DNA from: Thermotogaceae bacterium
Lineage (GTDB): Bacteria; Thermotogota; Thermotogae; MWEM01
Direction of reading: 5' to 3'
Assembly: GCA_030445775.1 (NCBI GenBank)
Contig: JASUTC010000001.1
Span: 28,914-92,913 of the forward strand
DNA: 64,000 nt
Shown here: piece by piece, positions 37,801 through 47,715 of the stretch
How the letters are laid out: every line of letters starts with the position of its first letter
Numbering within the stretch: position 1 is the first letter of the stretch
Program-made: the position numbers and the translations under genes
Notes under the pieces: model-generated
What the model saw: only the letters and a program-made list of their open reading frames with translations
Told to the model about the DNA's origin: nothing
The model's database searches: none

Positions 37801-38784
37801 ATGAAAATTACTGTACTGGGATTTGGAAGTTGGGGAACTTCTATATCTAAACTTTTGGCACAAAAAGGATACGACCTCATCGTATGGACCAAGGATGAAC
37901 GGGTGATTGAAAGTATGCGTTGGTCTGAAAACCCTTATTATTTTCCAAATGTAAAGCTTCCTAAAAATATATATGTAACAAACGATTTGAAAAAGGCCGT
38001 ATCATCAGCTGAAATTGTTGTAATTGCCATACCTACCCAGGTCATAAGAATGGTATTAACAGAAATAGACCTATCCGGAAAAACCATCATCAACTTATCA
38101 AAAGGAATAGAAATCAACACGGGTAAATTCATCCATCAAATATTCCAAGACCTCTTTAGAAAAAATATAAACTACTGTTCCCTCTCCGGTCCCACTCATG
38201 CTGAAGAAGTGATGCGTGAAATACCTACCAACATTGTTGCAGCAAGTAAAGACGATAAAACATTAAAAACCGTACAGAATATTTTCAACACCAATTATTT
38301 CAGAGTCTATACCAATCAGGACATCTTGGGTGTTGAACTTTCCGCTGCCCTTAAAAACATATATGCCATTGCAGCAGGTATTATTGATGGGTTGGGCCCA
38401 TGGGATAATACCAAAGCGGCATTGATCACAAGGGCTTTAATGGAAATGAGACGATTTGGAGAGGAGATCGGAGCGAAAAGAGAAACTTTTATGGGGCTTT
38501 CCGGAATAGGTGATATGATCGTGACTTGTACAAGTCAACACAGTAGAAACCGATTTGTAGGCGAAGAAATCGGGAAGGGAAAGAATATACAAGAAATCTT
38601 GGCGAACATGTATATGGTGGCTGAAGGGGTCTATACAGTCAAAGCATTAATGCAAAATGTAAATGTAAAACAAACTGAAATGCCAATTGCGGAAAAGATT
38701 TATCAGGTGATTTACGAGGATAATGACCCCTTAAAATGTATTGAAGAACTAATGGAGAGGGAACTTAAACCAGAATTCTGGTAA
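37801..38784 (+). CDS. gpsA: NAD(P)H-dependent glycerol-3-phosphate dehydrogenase
   Basis: GFGSWG, SKGIE, SGPTHA, LKNIYAIAAG, GDMIVTCTSQHSRN, AEG. Confidence 0.96.
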   Translation: MKITVLGFGSWGTSISKLLAQKGYDLIVWTKDERVIESMRWSENPYYFPNVKLPKNIYVTNDLKKAVSSAEIVVIAIPTQVIRMVLTEIDLSGKTIINLSKGIEINTGKFIHQIFQDLFRKNINYCSLSGPTHAEEVMREIPTNIVAASKDDKTLKTVQNIFNTNYFRVYTNQDILGVELSAALKNIYAIAAGIIDGLGPWDNTKAALITRALMEMRRFGEEIGAKRETFMGLSGIGDMIVTCTSQHSRNRFVGEEIGKGKNIQEILANMYMVAEGVYTVKALMQNVNVKQTEMPIAEKIYQVIYEDNDPLKCIEELMERELKPEFW

Positions 38785-38814
38785 AAGGAGCAGAAATAAA
38801 AGGATAATGAATTT

Positions 38815-39555
38815 TTAATTCTTTCTTACCTGATCTAATGTCATCTGCATCCTTTGATGAATTTCTGATTCAAACAATTCATAAGTCTCAAAGTCCTCAG
38901 GGTGAATCGGATTCAGAATTACTGCATCTACCTTGGCCGGGCGAACAATCCAACTTTTTCTGGGCATGGCCTTACCCGTTCCGTCCACAACAACCGGAAT
39001 AAGCTGTTTTTTACTTTTATAGGCGATTTTTAGACTTCCGGGGGCAAAAGGCGCAATTAATCCATCTTTTGTTCTCGTTCCCTCAGGAAAAATACCAATA
39101 CATTCTCCTTTTTTCAAGTACTCCAAAATCTTTCTTAATGCTTTAACGGCATTTTTCGGGTCTTCTCGATCGATAGTGATACAAAACAACTGCATAGCCT
39201 CTTTGAAAAATGGTGCACGATTCAATTCTTCTTTTGCAAGAAAAAAGATCTTTTCGGAAATATAACCTAAAACCAACATGGGATCGAGATAGCTCTGATG
39301 ATTCATACAAATGATGTAATTATCTTCCGAGGGTATGTTTTCAATGTTTTCTATTTGTGGATGAATACCACACCAGGTGAATAATTTTCTGGAAAAAGCC
39401 GGAGATCTCTTTCGGATATATCTCTGAGCGGCTTCTCCACCTTCTTTTTCTTTAATTTTAAGTGCTTTTTTCAATTGTATGTAACCGTACAAAAGAATTA
39501 TAACGGCTGCCACAAAATAATAAATAGTATAGAAAAAAAAGGCGATTTTTTTCAT
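38815..39555 (-). CDS. plsC: 1-acyl-sn-glycerol-3-phosphate acyltransferase
   Basis: NHQSYLD (HX4D) and FPEGTR; ATG at 39555 after AGAGGAG. Confidence 0.9.
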   Translation of the reverse strand: MKKIAFFFYTIYYFVAAVIILLYGYIQLKKALKIKEKEGGEAAQRYIRKRSPAFSRKLFTWCGIHPQIENIENIPSEDNYIICMNHQSYLDPMLVLGYISEKIFFLAKEELNRAPFFKEAMQLFCITIDREDPKNAVKALRKILEYLKKGECIGIFPEGTRTKDGLIAPFAPGSLKIAYKSKKQLIPVVVDGTGKAMPRKSWIVRPAKVDAVILNPIHPEDFETYELFESEIHQRMQMTLDQVRKN

Positions 39556-39640
39556 TTTCCTATCTTCTCCTCTAATTGAAATCAAAATAATAAAAAGGGG
39601 CAACGAAATCATTACCCCCCGATTTTCCAAATAAAAAGTT

Positions 39641-40582
39641 TTACGGTGTTACTAATGCTAAGATTGCTTTGATTGAATGCATTCTGTTTGCAGCCTCATC
39701 GAAGATGACACTTCTCGGACTGTGAGCAACCTCATGTGTACATTCTTCACCATAATGAGCGGGCAAACAGTGCATAAAAATAGCCGTTGGTTTCGCTTTA
39801 TTAAACTTCTCCATATCAACCTGATAGGCTAGGAATTTCTTTTTCTTTTCTTCTGCTTCAGCTTCCTGTCCCATGCTTGCCCATACATCCGTATAGACTA
39901 TATCGGCATCTATGATTCCTTCGTTGACATCATTTGTAACGTTTATTTCAGATCCCGTATCATATCGCTTAACAATTTGTTTTGCATCGTTGATGACATC
40001 TTCAGTGGGTTCAAATCCCGGAGCTGTAATAGCAGTTATGTGTGTCCCCATAAGTGCTGCAGAGAATATCGTGGAGTTGCATACGTTGTTTCCGTCACCG
40101 ATATAAGCTATTTTTAAATCCTCAAAGCGCCTGAATTTTTCATAAATCGTCAAAAAATCCCCCAAGGCCTGTGTTGGATGTTCGTAATCACATAGCCCGT
40201 TTATTACCGGTACAGTTGCATATTCTGCAAGCTCTTTAACCGTCTTGTTTTCAAACACACGCGCCATAATCACATCCACCATTCCTGAAAGAACTTTAGC
40301 GATGTCTTCCGTTGTTTCTCTCTGGCCTAATTTGATGTCGTCCGGACCCAAATAAATCCCATGGCCACCCAAATGGGTCATAGATGATTCAAAGGATACC
40401 CTTGTTCTGAGTGAAGGTTTCTGAAAAATCTCAGCAAGCGTTTTGTTCTTTAAAATTTCCTGTCTTTGGCTCATATTTAAGCCTGTTTTCAATGAAATAG
40501 CCGTTTCAATAAACTGGAAAAATTCCTCAGGTGTTAAATCTTTGATACTAATCAGATCTCTTCCTTTAAGGTTTACTGACAT
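39641..40582 (-). CDS. argF: Ornithine carbamoyltransferase
   Basis: SLRT, HPTQ, DVWASMG, HCLP. Confidence 0.92.
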   Translation of the reverse strand: MSVNLKGRDLISIKDLTPEEFFQFIETAISLKTGLNMSQRQEILKNKTLAEIFQKPSLRTRVSFESSMTHLGGHGIYLGPDDIKLGQRETTEDIAKVLSGMVDVIMARVFENKTVKELAEYATVPVINGLCDYEHPTQALGDFLTIYEKFRRFEDLKIAYIGDGNNVCNSTIFSAALMGTHITAITAPGFEPTEDVINDAKQIVKRYDTGSEINVTNDVNEGIIDADIVYTDVWASMGQEAEAEEKKKKFLAYQVDMEKFNKAKPTAIFMHCLPAHYGEECTHEVAHSPRSVIFDEAANRMHSIKAILALVTP

Positions 40583-40607
40583 ACCACACCTCCGTAGTTA
40601 AATTAAA

Positions 40608-41543
40608 TTATTTAGTTCTCTCTAAGGCAACTGAGGCAGCTCCGAGGATAGCCCCCTTTTCCTTCAATTCGCTGATGATTATATCATAAGAATGAGATAA
40701 AGATGGATAGGTATGCTCATGAGCAACTTGTTTAACCTCTTCAAGAAATATATCACTGGCTCTTGATATGCCTCCAGATAGAATAATCAAATCCGGATTA
40801 AATATATTAACCAAGGAACCGATACCTATTCCCAGGCCCCAGTTAAATTTTCTAACTACCAGGGTTGCCAATCGGTCTCCTTCTTTAAAAGCATCGAAAA
40901 TCGCCTTTGCGTCTACCGGTCCATTTCCTGAGTATTTGAACACAAGTGAATCGGGATAACGTTCTTGAAATATTTTGACCCATTTACGCATACCTGTGAC
41001 AGACGAAAAAGTTTCGAGACAGCCTTTACTGCCACAACTGCAAACAGGGCCACTGGGATCTACAATCATATGACCGATTTCACCACCATATCCATGTCCC
41101 CCAACTATGAGATGCCCTTCTGTATACGCTCCCCCTCCTACACCCGTTCCAAGGGTAAGTACGATGAAATTATCAATGTTTCTTGCAGATCCAAACCACC
41201 TTTCACCTAAAGCCGCTGCCTTTGCATCATTTTCAAGATAAGCATCATATCCGGTACTCTCCTTAATCATTCTCACCAGTTCAACACCATTCAAGGCTGT
41301 AATATTGTTTGCGTACATTATTACACCATTTTCTCTGTCTATTGAACCCGGAGATCCTATTCCAACCTTTACAGGCTCATCCAGGGCAATTTCTTTGATT
41401 AAACCGATAATTCTATTACAAATCATTTCCGTTCCTTCATTGACAAGCGTTTTAGTTGTTTTTTGTCTGGTGATTTCACCATTCTCATCAACGAGAGCGG
41501 CCTTTATATTTGTTCCTCCCAGATCCACGCCCACTATCTTCAT
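40608..41543 (-). CDS. ROK-family sugar kinase (glucokinase-like)
   Basis: Intact DLGGT, ENDA, TLGTGVGGG, GEIGH, CSCGSKGCLE. Confidence 0.92.
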   Translation of the reverse strand: MKIVGVDLGGTNIKAALVDENGEITRQKTTKTLVNEGTEMICNRIIGLIKEIALDEPVKVGIGSPGSIDRENGVIMYANNITALNGVELVRMIKESTGYDAYLENDAKAAALGERWFGSARNIDNFIVLTLGTGVGGGAYTEGHLIVGGHGYGGEIGHMIVDPSGPVCSCGSKGCLETFSSVTGMRKWVKIFQERYPDSLVFKYSGNGPVDAKAIFDAFKEGDRLATLVVRKFNWGLGIGIGSLVNIFNPDLIILSGGISRASDIFLEEVKQVAHEHTYPSLSHSYDIIISELKEKGAILGAASVALERTK

Positions 41544-41547
41544 CTGC

Positions 41548-42108
41548 TTACCCCTTTCTCTTCAATATCTCAATTTTAACTGATGAATAGAAATATTTAT
41601 CTTCTATACTGTAATGTTCATTTTTTTCAATCTTGTAATCTTTGAAGGACTCCAAAATGATTCTTCCTCCGGGTTTAACAAGTTCTGTTGTATTAAAAAG
41701 TCGCTTAGTCATTCGATGGAACAACACTTCATTAAATGGCGGATCGATGAAAATGATATCATATGTATCAGGTGGTTTCTTTAAAAATCTTATCACATCT
41801 TTCTTGTAAATTCTAACATAATCTGAAACACTTAATCGTTGCACATTATTTTTCAACGTTTTAATGGATTTATCCGAAATATCCACAAAAGTAACAAAAG
41901 AAGCTCCTCGACTTAAGGCCTCTAAACCAATCTGTCCGCTACCGGCACATAAGTCCAAAAATGTAGTGTTTTTAACAGGTTGCTTTGATTCAAGAATTGA
42001 AAAAATGGCATTCTTTACCTTAGAAGGTGTATATTTTGTTCGATTATCTTCAACCTGTTGAATCTTTTGATTTTTGAATTTTCCTGTAATAACAGACAAC
42101 GACTCCAT
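41548..42108 (-). CDS. rsmD: 16S rRNA m2G966 methyltransferase
   Basis: LDLCAGSGQIGLEALSRGA, DPPF. Confidence 0.9.
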   Translation of the reverse strand: MESLSVITGKFKNQKIQQVEDNRTKYTPSKVKNAIFSILESKQPVKNTTFLDLCAGSGQIGLEALSRGASFVTFVDISDKSIKTLKNNVQRLSVSDYVRIYKKDVIRFLKKPPDTYDIIFIDPPFNEVLFHRMTKRLFNTTELVKPGGRIILESFKDYKIEKNEHYSIEDKYFYSSVKIEILKRKG

Positions 42109-42135
42109 TTTATTTCACCTTATCTTTTGTGACTC

Positions 42136-42996
42136 TCATTTTAAAAAATTCATCTTTGGAACTAAAATTTCTTCAAGAATCCTGTCAATTTCTCCACATG
42201 ATTTATAAAATCTATTGATAAACGGTGTTAAATTAGATAGAAATTTAGATAATCTTTCGAATTTAATAAAAAAGGTTGTCAGAACATTTGGAACACCTGA
42301 AAGAGTCTCTCCTTCAGAAGGGAGAAAGATATTGGGATAAGTTTTAGAAACAATGTGATTGATCATTGCCGCAATGGCTCTGTTTTCATTTTGAGTGTTT
42401 TTTGAACTTTTAGGCATTCTCAACGAAAAAAGGACTTGTTCATCTTGAAAATCGAAACGATATCCCTCTTCTTGCCACATTTCATAAGACAATAAAAGTT
42501 TTATGAACTTTTCTTCTGAAAATAAACCAGCTGCAGAAAGTAAATTCCTGCCATAAACACCTTCTCGATTAAGGAGTTCTACAGTTTCCGGCTTTTTGCC
42601 GACTATCGAAAAAGAAGGAATGGGAACCGGATCTGAAAACATTCCCAAAAACATCTTCAGGCTTGATTCCTCAGGCTGGGGGATCTGTAATCTTCTGAAC
42701 AGCTCTCGGTATTCTTCAATAAATTCTTGGGGAATGGGAATCTTTTTTTTCGCGATTGCCTTTTTGGAGGTGTCTTTTGTACTCGTCAAACCAATGATAA
42801 AAGGACCGGTTTTGGAAACATAGATGAACAACGACGGGAATCCTTTTGTGTAGATAAACAACCCGAGAATTCTTTTTCCGCTTTTCTGAGGAGTAAAAAA
42901 ACCTTTAAATGAATATTCACTGATTGTGTTTTTAAATATTCTTTCAAGATCTGCCGTTACGGTTTTTGGACCAAGTTTAATAAATTCCTCGCTCAT
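42136..42996 (-). CDS. Hypothetical protein
   Basis: 286-aa ORF co-oriented within the recQ-rsmD run; no motif I can assign. Confidence 0.7.
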   Translation of the reverse strand: MSEEFIKLGPKTVTADLERIFKNTISEYSFKGFFTPQKSGKRILGLFIYTKGFPSLFIYVSKTGPFIIGLTSTKDTSKKAIAKKKIPIPQEFIEEYRELFRRLQIPQPEESSLKMFLGMFSDPVPIPSFSIVGKKPETVELLNREGVYGRNLLSAAGLFSEEKFIKLLLSYEMWQEEGYRFDFQDEQVLFSLRMPKSSKNTQNENRAIAAMINHIVSKTYPNIFLPSEGETLSGVPNVLTTFFIKFERLSKFLSNLTPFINRFYKSCGEIDRILEEILVPKMNFLK

Positions 42997-43014
42997 TTTG
43001 ATAGCCCTTCTTCA

Positions 43015-44793
43015 TCATTTGTGTTTTTTGATCAACTGTAGAAATCTTTCTCCATATTTTTTCAGCTTTTTTTCCCCGATACCTTTTATTCTCAATAATT
43101 CTTCATCTGTAAGGGGTTTTATCAAACTCATTTCCCTTAGGGTATAATCGTGAAATACGATGTATGGAGGAACATTTTCTTCAAGGGATATTGTCTTTCT
43201 CAAAGCCTTTAATTCATCGTATAATTTTGGGTTTGGTTTATGATCAGCCTTTATTAAAGAAGTTTTTTTCATAACCTTTTTTCCGCTTTTTAGAACTTCC
43301 CATGATTTCTTATTGAGTTTTAAGATTGGGTATAAGCCATTACTAACATCCAAATACCCTTCCGCGGATAAAAAGTTAATCAGTTCTCTGATATCCTTTT
43401 CTCTGAGTTGTTTCATTATGCCATAAGTAGACAACCGCTCAAAACCATTGAGTAAAATCTTGGAGCTTTTCGAGCCTTTAAGGACCTTTGCAACAGTTGA
43501 AGCACCATACGATTGCTGCATTCTGTAAACACAAGAGAGGATTTTTTGTGTCTCAATGGTGATATCTTTTTCGATTAGATTTTCATCAAGACAATTACGG
43601 CAATTCTGACAATCCTTTTCACCCGTTTCTCCAAAATACAATGAAATTGATTTCCACAAACATTCGTGAGTATGGCAAAAATTGACCATATCTTGCAATT
43701 TGGAATTGGCAATCGTTAACCTTTCATCGTTCAACTCGGATTTCTCAATCAAAAACCTCTGTATGCTCTTATCCACATCACTATATAACAAATAGGCCTG
43801 TGAAGGCTCTCCATCCCGACCGGCTCTTCCGATTTCCTGATAATAGGATTCCAGGGTTTTTGGCATATTATAATGAACAATGTATCGAATATTGGGTTTA
43901 TCAATTCCCATACCAAAGGCATTTGTCGCAACCATCAGCTCTATGTCCTCAAGAATGAACGCTTCCTGCATTTCTTTTCTGCGTTCTGCGCCCATTCCAG
44001 CATGATATTTACCGATTCTGATCTTCTTTTTCTTCAAATAAAGAAACAATTCATCCACTGTTTTCCTTGTGGAGCAATAGATAATACCGGATTCTCCGGT
44101 TCTTTTATCAATAAGACCTTCCAGGAATTGTCGTTTGTTTTTCCCCTTTATGACTTCTATATAAATATTAGAGCGCTTTAACCCCATATCAAACGTCTGA
44201 GGTTGATTCAATCCCAATAATTGCTTAATATCCTGTCTGACCGCTTGGGTTGCCGTAGCTGTAAAAGCACTAATAACCGGATTTCCCTTCAAATTAGAGA
44301 CAAAGTTCTTTATTAATTTATAACTGGGGCGGAAATCATGCCCCCACTGTGAAACACAATGTGCTTCATCAACTGCTACTTGTTCAATCCCAACCGTTGA
44401 AAGTCCTTCCAGAAAATAAAATGTATTCAATCTTTCCGGTGCAATATACAAGATTTTGCAATCACCCGAAATGAATGCATTCGTTCTCTCTTGAATCTCT
44501 TCAGTGGTTAAACTACTGTTAATATATGTCGCATTGATATCCATTGATTTCAGATTATCAACCTGATCTTTCATCAATGAAATCAAGGGCGATATTACGA
44601 TACTCTTCCCTTCAAAAAGTAATGCGGGTATCTGAAAACAAAGGGATTTTCCTGATCCTGTAGGCATGATGGCTAATGTATCATTTTTTTTCAAAAGGGA
44701 TTCAATGATTTCTCTTTGTCCCTTTCTAAACTGATCATATCCGTAATAATGTTTTAGAATCTGTTGTGGGTTCCATTTTTTGGTATTTATCAA
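43015..44793 (-). CDS. recQ: ATP-dependent DNA helicase RecQ
   Basis: MPTGSGKS, DEAHCVSQWGHDFR, QEIGRAGRDG, Zn/RQC cysteines, one C-terminal HRDC domain. Confidence 0.96.
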   Translation of the reverse strand: MINTKKWNPQQILKHYYGYDQFRKGQREIIESLLKKNDTLAIMPTGSGKSLCFQIPALLFEGKSIVISPLISLMKDQVDNLKSMDINATYINSSLTTEEIQERTNAFISGDCKILYIAPERLNTFYFLEGLSTVGIEQVAVDEAHCVSQWGHDFRPSYKLIKNFVSNLKGNPVISAFTATATQAVRQDIKQLLGLNQPQTFDMGLKRSNIYIEVIKGKNKRQFLEGLIDKRTGESGIIYCSTRKTVDELFLYLKKKKIRIGKYHAGMGAERRKEMQEAFILEDIELMVATNAFGMGIDKPNIRYIVHYNMPKTLESYYQEIGRAGRDGEPSQAYLLYSDVDKSIQRFLIEKSELNDERLTIANSKLQDMVNFCHTHECLWKSISLYFGETGEKDCQNCRNCLDENLIEKDITIETQKILSCVYRMQQSYGASTVAKVLKGSKSSKILLNGFERLSTYGIMKQLREKDIRELINFLSAEGYLDVSNGLYPILKLNKKSWEVLKSGKKVMKKTSLIKADHKPNPKLYDELKALRKTISLEENVPPYIVFHDYTLREMSLIKPLTDEELLRIKGIGEKKLKKYGERFLQLIKKHK

Positions 44794-44856
44794 CGATGGA
44801 CAGAACTCCTTAGTTTTAATAAATCTGTGTCTTCTTATCTCTTTCTTTGAAAGAGA

Positions 44857-46143
44857 TCACTTACAGACCATAATGTTTAATATGTATTCATCGGTTATTT
44901 TCATTGCTTTAGACCCGATGTTCGCAAGGTTTTTGATGGTGTTTTCAATATCGTTTTCAATAATCCCATCATTCTCAGTTGCACCATTCCCTTCAATGGC
45001 CAGTTTGGCTGCGAGATAAGCTGCATTAACTCCTGAAGCCACTTTTAATGCGCAGCCTGGTTTGGCCCCATCACAAATCATGCCGGTCAAATTTGCTATT
45101 AAGTTTTTTATTGACAGAATTATCTCTGCTTTGCTGCCACCCATTAAATAAGTCAACCCTGCTGCAACACCTGTTGAAGCGGCAACCACTCCACAAAGCG
45201 CCGATAGCCTTCCCAAATATGATTTGATGTGTATCGCCAACAGATGACTCATAGCCAAAGCTCTTAGCATTCTTTCTTCGGGGATGTTCATTTTTGCAGC
45301 ATACGAATAAATTGGTATTGTTGCGTTAATCCCCTGATTCCCACTTCCACTGTTACTCATGGCCGGGAGAACGCAACCTGCCATCCTGGCATCAGCTGCT
45401 GCTGCCGTCATTGCTACAATATATGAAGATAAACAATTACCGAAATCAGCATTGTTTGTTCTCAACATCATTGTTTTTCCTGTTCGTATCCCATAATCCC
45501 CTATTAATCCTTCTTCAGAAATAGCCATGTTTAACTGAACGGCCTTTTTAAGAAAAAAAAGATTTTCTATGGCTACTTTTTTTGAAAATTCTACAATGGT
45601 TTCAACATTAAGATCTGAGTCAAATTGATCATTCCCATTTTTTAGATCACCAGGTTCTTTTTTAAATAAAGTTTTATTATCCCGTTCAATGAGCGAAATA
45701 TTTGAATGCTCCTCTTGGATGACAACTTTGGCTTCATGCGTTATATCTTTGTTATAACATATGCATTCTACAAACAAGGGGTTTGAGTGCTTTTTTATTT
45801 CTATTTCGATTTCTTCTCTTTCAAGCTTTTCTTTTGCCCGCCGGATATGTTCAGTGGTTACATGTTTTAAAACTTCCAAGCCAAATTTCGATTCTCCTCC
45901 ACAAGCTCCCAATGCCGCTGCAATATACAAGCCCACCATTCCAGTACCCGGTATACCAACGCCCATACCATTTTTAAAAAGGTTGGGGCTCACAAAAACA
46001 TGAACCTTTCCTGTTTCTTCACCAAGCGTTTCTTTGGCTTTTGCAGCTGCAAGTGCTACCGCTATAGGTTCAGTACACCCCAGAGCAGGAACTACTTCTT
46101 TTTGTAATATTTTTAATATATGATCCATGGTCTCTTTTTTCAT
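44857..46143 (-). CDS. L-cysteine desulfidase family protein (YhaM/CdsB, serine dehydratase alpha-like)
   Basis: PALGCTEP, GVGIPGTG, DARM, SGSGNQG, LSALCG, GMICDGAKPGCA. Confidence 0.9.
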   Translation of the reverse strand: MKKETMDHILKILQKEVVPALGCTEPIAVALAAAKAKETLGEETGKVHVFVSPNLFKNGMGVGIPGTGMVGLYIAAALGACGGESKFGLEVLKHVTTEHIRRAKEKLEREEIEIEIKKHSNPLFVECICYNKDITHEAKVVIQEEHSNISLIERDNKTLFKKEPGDLKNGNDQFDSDLNVETIVEFSKKVAIENLFFLKKAVQLNMAISEEGLIGDYGIRTGKTMMLRTNNADFGNCLSSYIVAMTAAAADARMAGCVLPAMSNSGSGNQGINATIPIYSYAAKMNIPEERMLRALAMSHLLAIHIKSYLGRLSALCGVVAASTGVAAGLTYLMGGSKAEIILSIKNLIANLTGMICDGAKPGCALKVASGVNAAYLAAKLAIEGNGATENDGIIENDIENTIKNLANIGSKAMKITDEYILNIMVCK

Positions 46144-46285
46144 CTTTTTCTCCTTTCAGTTTGAATAAATTTTTGGCTATTTTTTTATTAGCAAACCTTA
46201 ATAATAATCGTCAAGCAAATGAATGCATTATTTAAAAGCATGAAATTACTATTTTTAAGGAGATTGTTCAAAGGCTTATAACCAT

Positions 46286-46378
46286 CACAAAAGCGGACTT
46301 GGGGGATTGTCCGCTTTTAAATGTGAGGGGTTTTTATATATTTTTCTTTTTGAGGGGTTTATTGCTTTTTAGTCTTAC
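46286..46378 (-). ncRNA. Candidate C-rich small regulatory RNA
   Basis: Lies between an ECF-type promoter and a terminator; contains AAACCCCUCA twice and AAUCCCCCAA in the terminator loop; no convincing ORF. Ends are approximate. Confidence 0.5.
46289..46318 (-). terminator. Intrinsic terminator downstream of serS / candidate sRNA
   Basis: AAAAGCGGAC-(10-nt loop)-GTCCGCTTTT perfect stem. Confidence 0.75.
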
Positions 46379-46383
46379 ACATT

Positions 46384-46410
46384 TTAGACTCTCAAAAAAG
46401 AAAAAGGTTC
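46384..46410 (-). promoter_or_regulatory. ECF (sigmaE-type) promoter
   Basis: Minus strand GAACCT-N16-TCTAA versus RpoE-type consensus GAACTT-N16-TCTRA. Confidence 0.55.
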
Positions 46411-46413
46411 AAA

Positions 46414-47694
46414 TTAACCAAATATCCTTTCGGCCCCTCCCATGTATCCCCTTAGCACTTCAGGAACAGTAACTGTCCCATCTTTGTTCTGATAATTCTC
46501 TAAAATCGCCACAAGCGTTCTACCAACAGCAAGGCCTGAACCATTCAACGTATGTAAATATTCTAATTTGTTTTCTTTGTTACGATATCGTATATTTGCC
46601 CGTCTTGCCTGAAAATCTGTATCATTAGAACAGGATGATATTTCTTTGTAACTTTTATATGAGGGTAACCAAACTTCAAGGTCATATGTTTTAGCTGCTC
46701 CAAAGCCCATATCACCTGTACACAGTAGGATTTTTCTGTATGGAAGATCCAATTCACGTAAGATACTTTCCGCATCATTTGTCAGTTTCTCAAGCTCATT
46801 AAAAGAATCCTCAGGTTTTGTATATTTTACTAATTCAACTTTATCAAATTGATGAACTCTAATCATTCCTCGTACGTCTTTTCCATAACTTCCAGCTTCT
46901 CTCCTAAAACACGCTGAATACGCGCAATATTTTTTGGGGAGTTCGCTTTCCTCTAAAATTTCATCTTTGTGCATTCCCGCTAAAAAAACTTCTGCGGTGG
47001 GAATTAAAAACATGTCATCGGGTGTTGTCTTATAAGCCTCTTCTTCAAATTTAGGAAGCTGACCTGTTGCAAACATAGTGTCTCGTTTCACAAGATACGG
47101 TATGTTAATTTCACTATAACCGTTTTTTTCAGTTTGATAATCAAGCATAAAATTGATTAACGCTCGTTCTAAACGGGCAATTCGATCGGAAAGAACTACA
47201 AATCTTGCACCACTCATTTTTGATGCCCGTTCGAAATCCATCATTCCCAGTTCTGGTCCAATTTCCCAATGGGGCTTAGGTTCATATTGAAAAGTACCGG
47301 GCTCTCCCCATTTCATGATTTCTTTATTTGACTTTTCGTCTTTACCAACCGGAACATTTTCTAATGGAATATTTGGCAATTGTGAGATTAATGCTTCTTG
47401 TTTTTCTTCTGTTTCTCTTAATCGATCATCAAACTCCTTTATCTTGTTCCCAATATCTTTACTTTCTTCAATATTCTTAGCCGCTTCCTCTTTTTTACCT
47501 GCTGATTTTAGCTTTGCAACGGCCTTTGACAATTGATTTCTTTTTGCCTTAAGTTCATCAGCTTTTTGTATAAACTCCCTTCTTTTCTCATCCAAGGCTA
47601 TTATTTTATCAATTTGTCTTGGATCTTCATTCCTGGATTCCATCGCCTTTTTTATCTCTTCAGTATTTTGTCTCAATATCTTCACATCTAACAT
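46414..47694 (-). CDS. serS: Serine--tRNA ligase
   Basis: N-terminal coiled coil, [36 protein letters not shown]. Confidence 0.97.
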   Translation of the reverse strand: MLDVKILRQNTEEIKKAMESRNEDPRQIDKIIALDEKRREFIQKADELKAKRNQLSKAVAKLKSAGKKEEAAKNIEESKDIGNKIKEFDDRLRETEEKQEALISQLPNIPLENVPVGKDEKSNKEIMKWGEPGTFQYEPKPHWEIGPELGMMDFERASKMSGARFVVLSDRIARLERALINFMLDYQTEKNGYSEINIPYLVKRDTMFATGQLPKFEEEAYKTTPDDMFLIPTAEVFLAGMHKDEILEESELPKKYCAYSACFRREAGSYGKDVRGMIRVHQFDKVELVKYTKPEDSFNELEKLTNDAESILRELDLPYRKILLCTGDMGFGAAKTYDLEVWLPSYKSYKEISSCSNDTDFQARRANIRYRNKENKLEYLHTLNGSGLAVGRTLVAILENYQNKDGTVTVPEVLRGYMGGAERIFG

Positions 47695-47715
47695 TCAACT
47701 TTCACCTCTGTTATT

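Noticed and set aside
39641..40582. SLRT instead of STRT suggesting an acetyl- or succinyl-ornithine transcarbamylase
   Set aside because: The ornithine-binding DxxxSMG motif (DVWASMG) and HCLP are intact, as in ordinary OTCase.
46299..46360. Three G-rich repeats at 25-27 nt spacing as a mini-CRISPR
   Set aside because: The repeats are only 10 nt, spacers are about 15-17 nt, and there are no cas genes; an sRNA explains them better.
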